Origin: an uncultured Clostridia bacterium
Lineage (GTDB): Bacteria > Bacillota > Clostridia > Christensenellales > UBA1242
Assembly: GCA_944381175.1 (NCBI GenBank)
Contig: CALWKD010000020.1
Location: forward strand, 22,888 to 86,887
Length of the DNA: 64,000 bases
Direction of reading: 5' to 3'
Position 1 is the first letter of the stretch, and the number at the start of each line of letters is the position of its first letter. The notes under the pieces are model-generated. The model was not told where the DNA came from and did no database searches. It worked only from the letters and a program-made list of their open reading frames with translations. Of the stretch, positions 19,419-31,400 are shown piece by piece. The position numbers were made by a program, and so were the translations under genes.

Positions 19419-21056
19419 ATGAATATGGATTATCAAAAATTGGCAGACTTGTTGTTTCCAGACAACAAATACACTGTTGAAGAAATAGAGAAAAAATATC
19501 CAAAGAGACAGTTGGAAAAAGGTGCTTATGTGACAAGATTTGCACCAAGCCCAACAGGGTTTATGCATCTTGGTGGTTTTTTCTCGGCACTTATTGATTT
19601 CAACATCGCAAAAAGAAGTGGTGGAGTTTTCTATTTAAGAATTGAGGACACGGACCAAAAAAGAGAAATCTCTGGTGCAAGCGCGGTCATTATGAACATT
19701 TTGACAGGTTATGGACTCACGCCAGATGAATACGAACTCAAGGGCGGTGTCACTGTCGGAGATTATGGTCCGTATTATCAAACGGAAAGAAAGGAAATCT
19801 ACAAGGCATATGCAAAAAAACTTGTGAGCGAAGGAAAGGCTTTTCCGTGCTTTTGTAAAAAGACGGAGGGGCTGAACGATGTTAAAAAGAAGAGAGAGAA
19901 GAAGTTTTCTGTCGGAATCAATGAAGATAAAGACCCTTGTCGAAATTTGACTCTTGAGCAGATTGAAAAAAATCTGAAAGAAAAGAAAAAGTTCGCAATT
20001 CGTTTGAGGTCGAATGGTGATGGTGTTTCAAAAGTTAAACTCTATGACACAGCAAAGGGTGAGATTGAGATGACAGCGAATTGCATTGATGCAATCTTGC
20101 TTAAAAACGACCTTATGCCGACATACCACTTTGCACACGCAATTGATGACACACTTATGGGGACAACGGTTGTTGTCAGAGGAGAAGAGTGGCTCCCGTC
20201 TTTGCCGTTGCATTATGAGATTTTCAATGCACTTGGTTTTTCTCAACCAAAATATATTCACACGCCACTTATCTACAAATTCAACGAAAAAGGAAACAAA
20301 ATCAAACTCTCCAAAAGAAAGCACCCGGAGGCTGATATGCGATTTTATGAGAAAGAGGGTTATGACAAGCAGGCTGTTATGGAATATCTCATAAATCTCA
20401 TAAACTCAAATTTTGAAAATTGGCGAAGAGCAAATCCAACTGCAGAACTTTCGGAATTTCCTTTCAACGGCTTCAAAATCACTGCAAACACACCTATTTT
20501 TGATATTGTGAAATTGAATGATATTTCAAAAGATGTGATTTCAAGATATTCTGCAGAGAAGTGTTATGAAGAACTTCTTGCGTGGGCGAGAGAAAATTCC
20601 GCAGAAAATGTTGATTATCTTGTGAAAGACAGGGAATATGTCACAAAAGTTTTGAACATTGACAGAGAAAAACCAAAACCAAGAAAAGACATTTACAAGT
20701 GGAGTATGTTTTTTGATTTGTTTGATTATATGTTTGGAAAACCTCACAATTTTGAAATTGAGGAAAACAAAAAATCTGACTTTGAAGATGCTTTGAGAGA
20801 ATATAAAAAATACTTAAACCTAAGTTCAAAAGATGCGTGGTTTGAGAATGTCAAAAAAATGGCAAATGCTCTTGGTTATGCAACAGACAACAAAGATTAC
20901 AAACAAAATCCAGAAAAATACAAAGGCAATGTTGCAACTGTTTGTGAGTATATAAGAGTTGCCATCACTGGAAGAAAAAACTCTCCAGATTTGTTTGAAA
21001 TTATGACATTGTTGGGAGAAAAAGAGGTTTTGGAAAGAATTTCAGAATTTGCATAA
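19419..21056 (+). CDS. gltX: Glutamyl-tRNA synthetase (long clostridial form)
   Basis: RFAPSPTG, HLGG (HIGH-like), LRIEDTD, RGEEW, KLSKR (KMSKS-like). Confidence 0.95.
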   Translation: MNMDYQKLADLLFPDNKYTVEEIEKKYPKRQLEKGAYVTRFAPSPTGFMHLGGFFSALIDFNIAKRSGGVFYLRIEDTDQKREISGASAVIMNILTGYGLTPDEYELKGGVTVGDYGPYYQTERKEIYKAYAKKLVSEGKAFPCFCKKTEGLNDVKKKREKKFSVGINEDKDPCRNLTLEQIEKNLKEKKKFAIRLRSNGDGVSKVKLYDTAKGEIEMTANCIDAILLKNDLMPTYHFAHAIDDTLMGTTVVVRGEEWLPSLPLHYEIFNALGFSQPKYIHTPLIYKFNEKGNKIKLSKRKHPEADMRFYEKEGYDKQAVMEYLINLINSNFENWRRANPTAELSEFPFNGFKITANTPIFDIVKLNDISKDVISRYSAEKCYEELLAWARENSAENVDYLVKDREYVTKVLNIDREKPKPRKDIYKWSMFFDLFDYMFGKPHNFEIEENKKSDFEDALREYKKYLNLSSKDAWFENVKKMANALGYATDNKDYKQNPEKYKGNVATVCEYIRVAITGRKNSPDLFEIMTLLGEKEVLERISEFA

Positions 21057-21241
21057 AAGATAAATAAAAATAAACAAAAAATATGCAAAAATAAATATTT
21101 TTAATTTATTTTAAAATTAAATAAATAAGAAAAAAATAAATTAAAAAATAATAAAAACCATATTTTTAAATATTTTTCGGTTATAAAATACGCAATTTTT
21201 AATATTTTTTAATTTTTAATTTAATTTTTGGAGAAAAAATT

Positions 21242-22231
21242 ATGAAAAAAAGAGTTTTGACAGGAATTAAACCGACGGGTTACGCACATTTAGGGAATTA
21301 TTTTGGTGCAATAAAACCTGCAATTGAACTCAGTAAATCGGAGGAGTTTGAAAGTTATTATTTTATTGCAGATTATCACGCATTGACCACTTTGAAAAGC
21401 AAAGAGGAGATGCAGGAATATTTTTACAATATTGCTTGCACCTGGCTTGCGTGTGGGCTTGACCCGAACAAAGTTGTCTTTTACAGACAGTCTGACATTC
21501 CAGAGGTGTTTGAACTCAATTGGATTTTGAGTAATGTCACTCCAAAAGGGCTTATGAACAGGGCTCACGCCTACAAAGCGATTGTGGAAAGAAATGAGGC
21601 TGAGAAGCAAGAAAAAGATTTCGGCGTGAATATGGGTTTGTATAACTATCCAATTTTAATGGCGGCGGACATTTTGTTGTTTGAAACAAATCTTGTGCCT
21701 GTTGGACTTGACCAAAAACAACATATTGAAATTGCCAGAGATATCGCAAATAGTTTCAATAAAAAATATGGTGAGACTTTTGTTATGCCTGACGGACTGA
21801 TTGAAGAAGAAGTTTGCACATTGGTTGGGCTTGACGGGAGAAAAATGAGCAAAAGTTATGGAAACACAATTCAATTATTTACCTCAGAGAATGTTTTGAA
21901 GAAAAGTATAAACCGAATTGTCACAGACAGCAGACTTCCAGGAGAACCTAAAGATGCAGATTGCACAGTGAACAAACTTTACAAATTGTTTGTTTCGGCG
22001 GAAGAGGCGAAGATTTTTGAAAAGAAATTGTTGGACGGGCTCTCTTGGGGAGAGGCTAAAAAGGAACTTTTTGAGGTTGCAAACAGATATATTTCGCCAA
22101 TGAGAGAGAAATTTGAGTATTTCCAAGCACATAAAAATGAGGTTGATGAGTTGTTGAGGCTTGGTGCGAAGAAGGCGAGAGTGGTTGCGAGAGAGGTTTT
22201 GGACAGGGTTAGAAAAGCAATTGGAGTATAG
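21242..22231 (+). CDS. trpS: Tryptophanyl-tRNA synthetase
   Basis: TGIKPTG..HLGNY, YPILMAADIL, VPVGLDQKQH, KMSKS. Confidence 0.97.
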   Translation: MKKRVLTGIKPTGYAHLGNYFGAIKPAIELSKSEEFESYYFIADYHALTTLKSKEEMQEYFYNIACTWLACGLDPNKVVFYRQSDIPEVFELNWILSNVTPKGLMNRAHAYKAIVERNEAEKQEKDFGVNMGLYNYPILMAADILLFETNLVPVGLDQKQHIEIARDIANSFNKKYGETFVMPDGLIEEEVCTLVGLDGRKMSKSYGNTIQLFTSENVLKKSINRIVTDSRLPGEPKDADCTVNKLYKLFVSAEEAKIFEKKLLDGLSWGEAKKELFEVANRYISPMREKFEYFQAHKNEVDELLRLGAKKARVVAREVLDRVRKAIGV

Positions 22232-22263
22232 AAAAAGTGCGATTTTTGCACTTTTTTATTTTT
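22232..22263 (+). terminator. Intrinsic terminator after trpS
   Basis: AAAAAGTGC-gattttt-GCACTTTTT followed by a T run. Confidence 0.8.
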
Positions 22264-22472
22264 AAAGAAAGAAAAAAGTGTTGATTTTTGATGTTTTTTG
22301 ATAAAAAGAGATTTTTCAAGGTTGAAATTTTCAGTCGCTAAATGCGGTTAAAAGTCCGATTTATATATATATTAAAATATATATATTTTTCTCAAAAACT
22401 TGCTTATTCAACGACGTTTGTTGTAAAATGAAACTGAGGATGTCTAACTATATTTAGGCTAAGGAGAGGGTT

Positions 22473-25400
22473 ATGAAAAGAAAATCCATTTTTCTGTTTT
22501 TGTCGGTCTTTGTTTTGAGTCTGTGCACAACACTCGGACTTGTCAAACTTGGAGACGAGGAAGTTTATGCAGAAAGCACAACTGCAAGCGTTTGGGACGG
22601 CACTTACAAATCTGAAACCTATGGAAGTGATTATTACACTGAGGGGACAGAGGTGCACATCTTGACGGCGGACGGCTTCAGTTATTTCGCGAAAAGGGTG
22701 GCTGACGGCGTCACTTATCTAAATCAGACAATCATTCTTGAGAGTGACATTGATTTGGCGTCGCACGAATGGACACCAATTGGCACTGCCAGCAACTCTT
22801 TCAGAGGCACTTTCGACGGAAATGGACACACTATTTACAATTTGAAGATAACCAACTCAAGCACAGATGTTGGACTTTTTGGATACACAACTGGGGTTGT
22901 CAACAATTTGGTTTTGGAGGACATTGACATAAATGTCTCGGGTGCGACTTCTGTTGGAGGACTTATCGGAAATGCAAATTACCAATCTAAAACTCTCTCA
23001 AACATTTCTGTTTCAGGAAATATCGTTGCGACAAATGTCAGGTATGTCGGCGGTGTTGTCGGTTGCAGTCAAACGCAGTTAATCAGAAATGCTTCAACAA
23101 TTCTCTCCAGAGTGGACATTGAGACTTCATCTATGCCGTCAAACTCAGCGGTGGGCGGAATTTTTGGAAGTTTTTCAGCTGGTGTTGGCACTTTGGAGCA
23201 GTTGGCATTTGAGGGCTCTATAAACAGTGGTGCAAGTTATATCGGCGGTCTTTTTGGAGAACTTGGGTCATTCTCGACCTTGAGAAATTCTTATGTAAAG
23301 GCAGATATGCATAGGACATATGACATCAATTTGATCACAACATATTTGGGCGGAATTGTTGGAAATATAAACAATACACTTGATGTTAATGCTGAGCTTT
23401 ACAATTTATACGCTGATATCTATCCTTTCATTTTCATACCAATTGAGGGTGAGGAAGGAGCCTATTATATGGATAATAATGATCCAGAAAATCTGTACCA
23501 ATCTGGTTTATTTGGAAATATTAGGAACAATTCACAAGCTTCGTTTACTATAAAAAACAACTTGGTACTTGTTGAAAAGGTTAACACTAAAGATAGTTCC
23601 TACACTTTCAATAACTTCTTTTACAACCCAAATGGAGCATCTGTCACCGCGTCGAACAACTGGATTTCTGCGGACTCTCTTGATGAGATTTCGGATGATT
23701 CAATTCTTTCTTTGGAAGACTTTTATTTACAGCAGAGTTTTTATGCAAATGAAAATTACTTTGATCAAAGTGACAAATATAAATGGGATTTTGAAGACGT
23801 TTGGTATGTAGACAAGACAATGGGTTGGCATCCAAAACTTATTTCATTGAAAAATATCGGAAATCCAAATAATGATACGGATTATTCATATGAGGACCGA
23901 TTGCAAGGTGATGGCTCAGCTGGAGCTCCGTATTTAATAAGGACTGCAGCAGATCTTGGATATTTGTCTGTAAATTATTCTGAAGATTATCAAGACAAAT
24001 GGTTTTCGCTGGAAAATGATATTAACTTGATTGGAAAAACCTGGCAGCCTATCGGAGCAAACCCAAGTGTTCCGTTTTCGGGTGTTTTCTTGGGAAATGG
24101 TCACACGATCTCTGGAATAACCTGTTCACTTCAATACCAATATTCTTACCATGGACTTTTTGGTGTGACTGAAGATGCTCTTATTTGCGATCTTACCATT
24201 GAAGATATAAGATTTATCAATGAGGGCACTGGTGACACAAACAATACATCAGACAAAAATGGTTATATGGGGGCGTTTGTTGGATACGCAAAAGCGGGAA
24301 CATATCTCGACAATTGCGTCGATAACTCTGGAGTTGATGGCCTTTATTCAGTGGGGAAAGTTGATGGAAATACTCCTCGTGCTTTGACAATTATTTATGG
24401 CAAAAAGAATTACAACGGAACCAGTACGGCAGTCAACACACTGAAATTGGAGAATGTTTCCGATTATGGAATTGGATACGATGTTGAAATTGACTATGAC
24501 GGTGGAGTGTTGTATTATGGAAAAACTTTTAATTTAACAGATATTGCAAACAACTACACAGATTACATAAGTCTTGAGCATAGGTACGGAAACAGAATGT
24601 TGTTCTTACAAAATCCATCGACTGGAAACTTTCTTGAGAACATTCGTCCAGTTAGTGCGTTTAATGACAAAAATAATATTTATGGAAGAGTTTGGTGGTG
24701 GGATCAATTTTTGCTTGCAAACAGCCTCCCTCAATCTTCTGATTTAGCGGGATATGTCGATCTACTTCTTATCAAAAAAGGAAGCAGAGTGGTTTCTTAT
24801 TCAAAAGTCTCTGATGGAACAGTTGTAACACACAATGAGTCGGCTAATTTTGATGAGGGAGAATTGGTCAGTCAAGATTATATAAGATTTCTGCCAGGAT
24901 ATGGAGTTATAAACATTGATGCAACTTGGCTTGCGGGAATTAAAGCTAACTATGAAAAGATGCCAAACAAGACGGTTGAGGTCCATTACAACGAGTATGA
25001 AAAAACACACTTTGGAGCAGAATCTGACGCAGACTATCTTTCCAAGACCTTTGAAGTTGAATACGATTCAATTCTTTGGAACGATTATAATGAAATTTTT
25101 GACAGATATCCAACCAAAGACGGAAGAGCGCTTTTGAGAGGTGAAGATTTTTATATTGAAGATTTCTATCTTGATGCTGAGTTTGAGGAAAGACTCGAAG
25201 GAGGAATAGACTCCAACGGCGAATTGGAAAATATGGAATTAGGAAAGTTGAGCAAGGGATCTTTCGTCAATAACACATTTTTCCCTGAGGACACAATAAA
25301 CTTGTATGCAAAGTGGGTTGGAAGCGAAGATGCGATTTACCAACTTAAAATCAAATTCTCAACTGTGGAGGATATTGCACTTGGGAATTTGGACTTGTCG

Positions 25401-28400
25401 CAAGCCATTGAGAGTGTCAGCCTTTCAAGTTTTGATGGTGACAATCAAGTCCTTCTCAAATCACAACAGGAATTTACAGTGGAAAGTGACGGAACTGTCA
25501 TTGTCGACTTCGACTACAACACTCTTTACAGCAACTTGGCGACGAATGGACTTCAACTTGTCATCAAACTTAAGACAGGTTATGAGTTTTCTCAGCCAGT
25601 TTCGCTTGTTGACTTTGCAAGCGGAGAAGGTGGTTCGTCCTATGACTATAGTTTTGGACATTTGACAATCAAAGGTGAAAGTCAAGACACAATCATCACA
25701 TCTTCAAACACCTTTTCACAATCGGCTTTTGAAAGGGGAATAAGTTTCTTGAACCTTGTCGGCGACTATCAAATTGATGTGACGATTCAGAAACAATCTT
25801 TCAGCACCAAACTCAACATAGTGCCTGACGAAATTTATTTCTCACTTGCACCGAATGTTGGGAATGTCACAGAGGTTGCGGTTTATGAAAAGGGGATGAC
25901 TTCTGACCCGAGCACGACGACTCCATCCACCACTTACAGCATAAACAATGCTGACGGAGAATATGTCGGACTTGATGTTTTAAACAATGTTCTCATTTAC
26001 TCTGACGATATGGTGGGTGCAAATGCAACACTTGGCGAAGGACTTAGACTTGGAGAATCGGGATTTGTTTTATTTAGATACACGCTTTTGGACGGCTCAA
26101 CTAGGTATTTCGGATATGTGAGAAGTGAGTCTTCCGAAACAGTGGAAGGAATTTTGACCAATTACACAATTTACACTTTGCAAGAGGTTGAATACACAAA
26201 TGGCGAGTGGCAAATCGTGGACATTTTGGCATCTCTTACACTCAATGAGTCGGGAGAAGATTATCTTTCGGTGACATACCTCACAAATGCGGAATTTGTT
26301 TTCTTGACGACGGTGAGAGACCTTGAGTCTGAAAGTTTCTATTCAGATTACACTGTGTTTGGAGAGAATTGTCCAAATGCAACCACCGAAGTTCTCGCTC
26401 GTGCTGAGACGGGAAATACAGCCAAATTTATGCACATCTTCACGGTGACAGATATTTTGAGTGAGAGCGTGACAAATTCTTCTTCCCAGATTTGGAGAGA
26501 CTCTAGGACAAACCCAGATGTTGTCGAAACAATAAACATTGTCACAAAATACACAAAAGTCACATTTGGCTTCAAACTTGTCGACCAAGAGGGGAACACT
26601 TTTGCAAACGCTCCAGCAGGAGGAATCAATGCATCTTCTTCAAGTTTCTCAATTTCGCAGAACGGTGAAGTCATTTCTGTTCCAATTCAGGTTACGGCTT
26701 CAAACTATTACAGAATGTTTGAGATTTTTGACAACCTCAATCGTGCAAGGACCTTGGTGTTTAAGGATCAAAGCGGAAGTTATGACGGCGAGTATAATAT
26801 ATATGTTGAGGTGGAGGCAATAAGCGTCGATGAAGATTCATTTGAGACTCCAGAAGATGCTCAGCAAGATGCGGATAATTATATCGCAAGTTTCAATGCA
26901 AACAACACGCAATATTTGGGAGCAAGTTCGTTCACTTTCAACACTGGCGCAAGGGAAGATGGAAATGGTCGTTATGCTGGCGACAGTTACACATTTAACC
27001 TCACCTATGGAAACAACAGTTATGACCTTCGACCAGGAAGATACACCATTTATGTGGTTTGCGAGCCAATAAATTATTCTTTGACATATCAGACAAAGTT
27101 TGTTGAGTATAAAGAAGACGGATACACAAAAGACCAATTCAAAGACGAGAGTGGAGAAAACGCTCCGACAATTTCAGCAACAAAAGTTATCTCAGATGAG
27201 GAATCGACCACAATAAAGCAAGGGCAGTTTGAATTGTCCTATGACGATTCCATTTCAATGGACACTGCTCTTGGAGAAAACAAGGCATACTCTTTCTATG
27301 ATTGGTATGTTCAGGGTGAGAACTGGGAAGGTTTCTTGAGCAACATTGCCTCTTACGACAAAGACGACTTCTCTTTCACTTACAATGACATTTATGACCG
27401 CTTGTCAATAGGGGGAGTTTCAAACAGCATCACAACGACAAGAAGATCGTATGGAATGACGCTCACCGCGGTTTATGTCAGAAAGGAAGTTCATTTTACT
27501 CTTGACGAGCAAATCTCCATTGTCGGCGAAGATTTGAATGTTGACCCGACAAGTTATGGAATGGAAATCAATTTTGTTGATGTGAGGCAATATGATTACA
27601 TATATCAATATGGAAAATCTCCAGAGATTGAAGTGGCATTTGAAAAAACTGGAAATTCGGCTGACGCGTATTACTTTGTTGGATTTAACATAAACAATTC
27701 AAATGGCGACACTGTTCAGACATACAAACTTGAAGACGGGCAAATTTTTGAGTCACAAGTTATTGACGAGTGGATACTTGACAAGCTGGAAAACGAAGAC
27801 ACAATGGCGGTGACCACGACTTATTCAATCGTTCCAATTCTTGCAAGAAAACAAACAAACATCTATTTCCTCTCTGGCACTGGAGAAGGAATTGATGGGC
27901 ATTACACTGACGGCAGAGCGGGGAAGGTTTTTGATGTTGATGAAAATGAGACCACAGACACTCAAGTGCTTATTCAAAATGTCAATGTCAATGACAGACT
28001 GTATCTAAACGGAGAAAACTCTGCTATGGTTGGCGGGCAGTTGGAGACGAATATCATTTTGGACGAGGTGTTTGCAAGCCGAACAGGCTATTCGCTTCCA
28101 GACAACGGCTATTGGGTTTTGTCAAACGGCACAAACACTTGGAATGATATAAATGGTTCAACCTTATATATTACAAGCAACTATTTCCTTGGAACAAGCG
28201 ATGAAGAGATTTTGATTGATTTGTACGTTTACAGAACTTGGACTCCAAACAATTTTAATGTGATTTTCAACAGAAATGGCGGAACATTTACTGGCGAATT
28301 GGGCGGAAACGAGTCCATCACAATCACTGCAACATACGACTCACCAATTTCAAACATCCTCACCGCTGACGACATCACAGTCACTGGGCAACAACTCTTG

Positions 28401-31400
28401 GGTTGGACGATTGAACAGGACAATGAAGCGACTTTGATTTTTGACGAGAGTGGAGAGGCTCAAACTTATGTTGATGTGATTGACGAGGACGGCAATTATA
28501 TCCGAGCAGACGACTTGAATGTTTATGCTCTTTGGGGCTCAAGACAATACACTGTCCGACTTGTCACAAATGGCGCAAACACAATTGCTGGAGAGACGGC
28601 GGAAGAATTTATTGATTTTGAAATTTATTATGGCGACACCTTTGCCGAAGTGTTTGAGGAATATGGGCTGACCGCTGGGGATAATGCTCCAACTCGTGAA
28701 GGGTTCAACTTTGTTGGAGTTTACGCAAGTGGCGTCTATGTGCAGACGATCACCTCTGACACCATTTTCAACACAGACATTCCAGGCTGTGCTCTGAACG
28801 AGGGAAGCGGAATTTCATTGACACTTTACATTGAGTGGGAGTTTGACGAGGATTACCTTGATTTGCAGTTGACAAATCCGACTCTTGAAAGACAATACTC
28901 TGGCTTGGATGAGGTTTTCACTCTTGGAGAATTTTTCGCAAACGGATACACGGCGAATGGATACATCGTCGAGGTGGAAGATGACCAAGTTTCCATCACT
29001 TTGGATGAAGATGTTCACGCACAGGTTAATGTCAGCCTCACCTCTGACAACTTGGCTGTTTTGGCTGACAGTTCTCTCAGAGTGAAGAATGTCGGAAGTT
29101 ACAGCGCAAATTTGGTTTTGACGGTGGAGGACTTGATTTCTGCAGGAACAATTCTTCACACGCAGTCGTTGACCTTGTATGTTGAAATAGGTCAAGCAAG
29201 TCTTGATGTTTCCATTGAAAGAGATAATGAGACGGTTTGGCTTTCAAATGTCAAACGCATAATGAAGAGTTTTGTGAGCGCTTCTGTTCAGGTCAGAATT
29301 GAGAGCGTGAGCAATTTCGACGCATTTGTGAACAATGTTATGAAATCTCTCGACAGCACAATTCCTGAACAGCCGTCAAATTCTGATGTGTATCAATTTG
29401 TTATGTATAAGCATTATCAGATGATGACATCGCAAAATTACACATTGTATAAAGAAATGACATATGCTGACTTTGCAGAACTCAAGCAAACTTCACAACA
29501 AGAAATCGAAGATTTGGTTGATGTGCTCTACTTCTTTGAGTTTTATGATGATGATGCGGAAGAAACCATTGAAATAGATTATTACAACAGTGCGATTGTT
29601 ATGACCTCAGAATCGGTGTCAAATCCTAGGTCCGAGATTGCCATTGACAGAGTGGAGATTTTCAGTGAGTCATCATTGAATGTGGGAGCAAGTTATTATT
29701 TCGCTGCTTACCTAAAAAATGCTGGAAGTTCAGACTGTCTAAACAATTATGTCTTGAATTATAATGCAAACGGCGAGGCGTATGTTTACATCGGCGAGGT
29801 TTATATCTTGCCAGAGTTGTTGGTGGTTGAGAATCAGTCTGAGACGAAGGCGATGTATCACAGTTCAAATGCAGACACCATTTCGCTTGAATGGCAGGGC
29901 GATAGACAGTCGACCAATGATTATGGAATAAACACTTACTATCAGATTGGAGAAGACCTTTTCGCCTTTGCAAATCTTTACACCTCAAACACTGGAAAGG
30001 AACTTGAGGATGTTGAATTTAGCTTTGTAAATGACGAAAACTATCTTTACTATTCTGATGTGTCCATAATCAGAAGAGTCTTGGAGAACGGCGAATATGT
30101 TTATTATGATGTCACATACTATTTCAAACTGATTCTTGACGAAGATGACATCTTCACGATTTTGAATATTGACGGGGTTGCTCTTGTCGAAATTTCAGCA
30201 AGATTCTTGACAATGAACGACGGAATGATTGATTTGACTGACCTTCCATCGTCCGTTTCGCAAGAGCTCTTGCGTATCACTCAAATTACCTATGATTTGG
30301 GCGACGGGCAAGGCGAGAGAAGACTTGTTGATTCTGAAAATGGGTATTTGCAAGAGGGGATGCTTGAAGTTGGTGGATATGTTATCGCCGAAATCGAGCA
30401 AAACAACAGCAACACCATTTCCGCAACGCTTTCAAAATTTGTCCAAACGGTCACAATTGTGACGACAGAGAAAGATGCAAGTCAGTATATCAGTCTGTAT
30501 AAGTGGACGAATGAAACGCTTTACAACATCGACGGAACAATGGAGTCAAACACAAGTTACACCATTGAAAAAGACGAGATTGAGACCACGGAAGGCGAGG
30601 TCACAACTTACAATATGTCTGCAATTTACACTGATTTGGTCTATGTGAGTTACAATCTCAATTTCCCAAGCAATCACACAACCACTTCACTTGATTATTC
30701 TTGGCTTCAACTTGGGCAGTCCACGGTGGACGATTTATTCTTGCCAGCGGAAGACGGCTTCAAACTTGCGACATTGACCGCACAAAAGCCAGACGGAACA
30801 ACCGTTTCATACGAAGAATTGTTTGACAGCACAGACGGAATTTTCAGAGGGATTTCAAACACTGCACGACACACCAAGGTTGTGCTTGACGCAAAGTGGG
30901 AAATTGATGACATTCAATACTCCCAACTTATGACAGAATACAAGACAAGTGTTCACGGGTTTGATTATCTTTCGGTAAACAGCATTGTGACGATTTTGAA
31001 CTTGAACCCAGACCTATTCACTTACACTTACGAGTGGTTTAAGGGTGATGAATTGATTTCTATGGGAGCAACTTTCACTTTGGAAAGCAATGGTGTTGTT
31101 GAGGACAGCGGACAATATAGTCTTGTTGTGACAGCGACAGTCAAAAAAGAATTTTTGTCGACTGCATTTGTAAGCAGTGAGGGCGCAACAAAATCAATCG
31201 AACTTTCATTCTCTTTGGAGTTTATCAAAAACAAATTGATGGGACTAACCTTTGAGGGAGAACAAGAATTTGATTATGATGCCACCGACCATATTGGCGA
31301 CTGGTATATTGTGGCAGAGTATCTTGTTTACGACTCAGCATTAGGAGACTATGGGACAGTTGAAAATTACATCGTGGAGTACTTCACAGGTGCAACAAAC

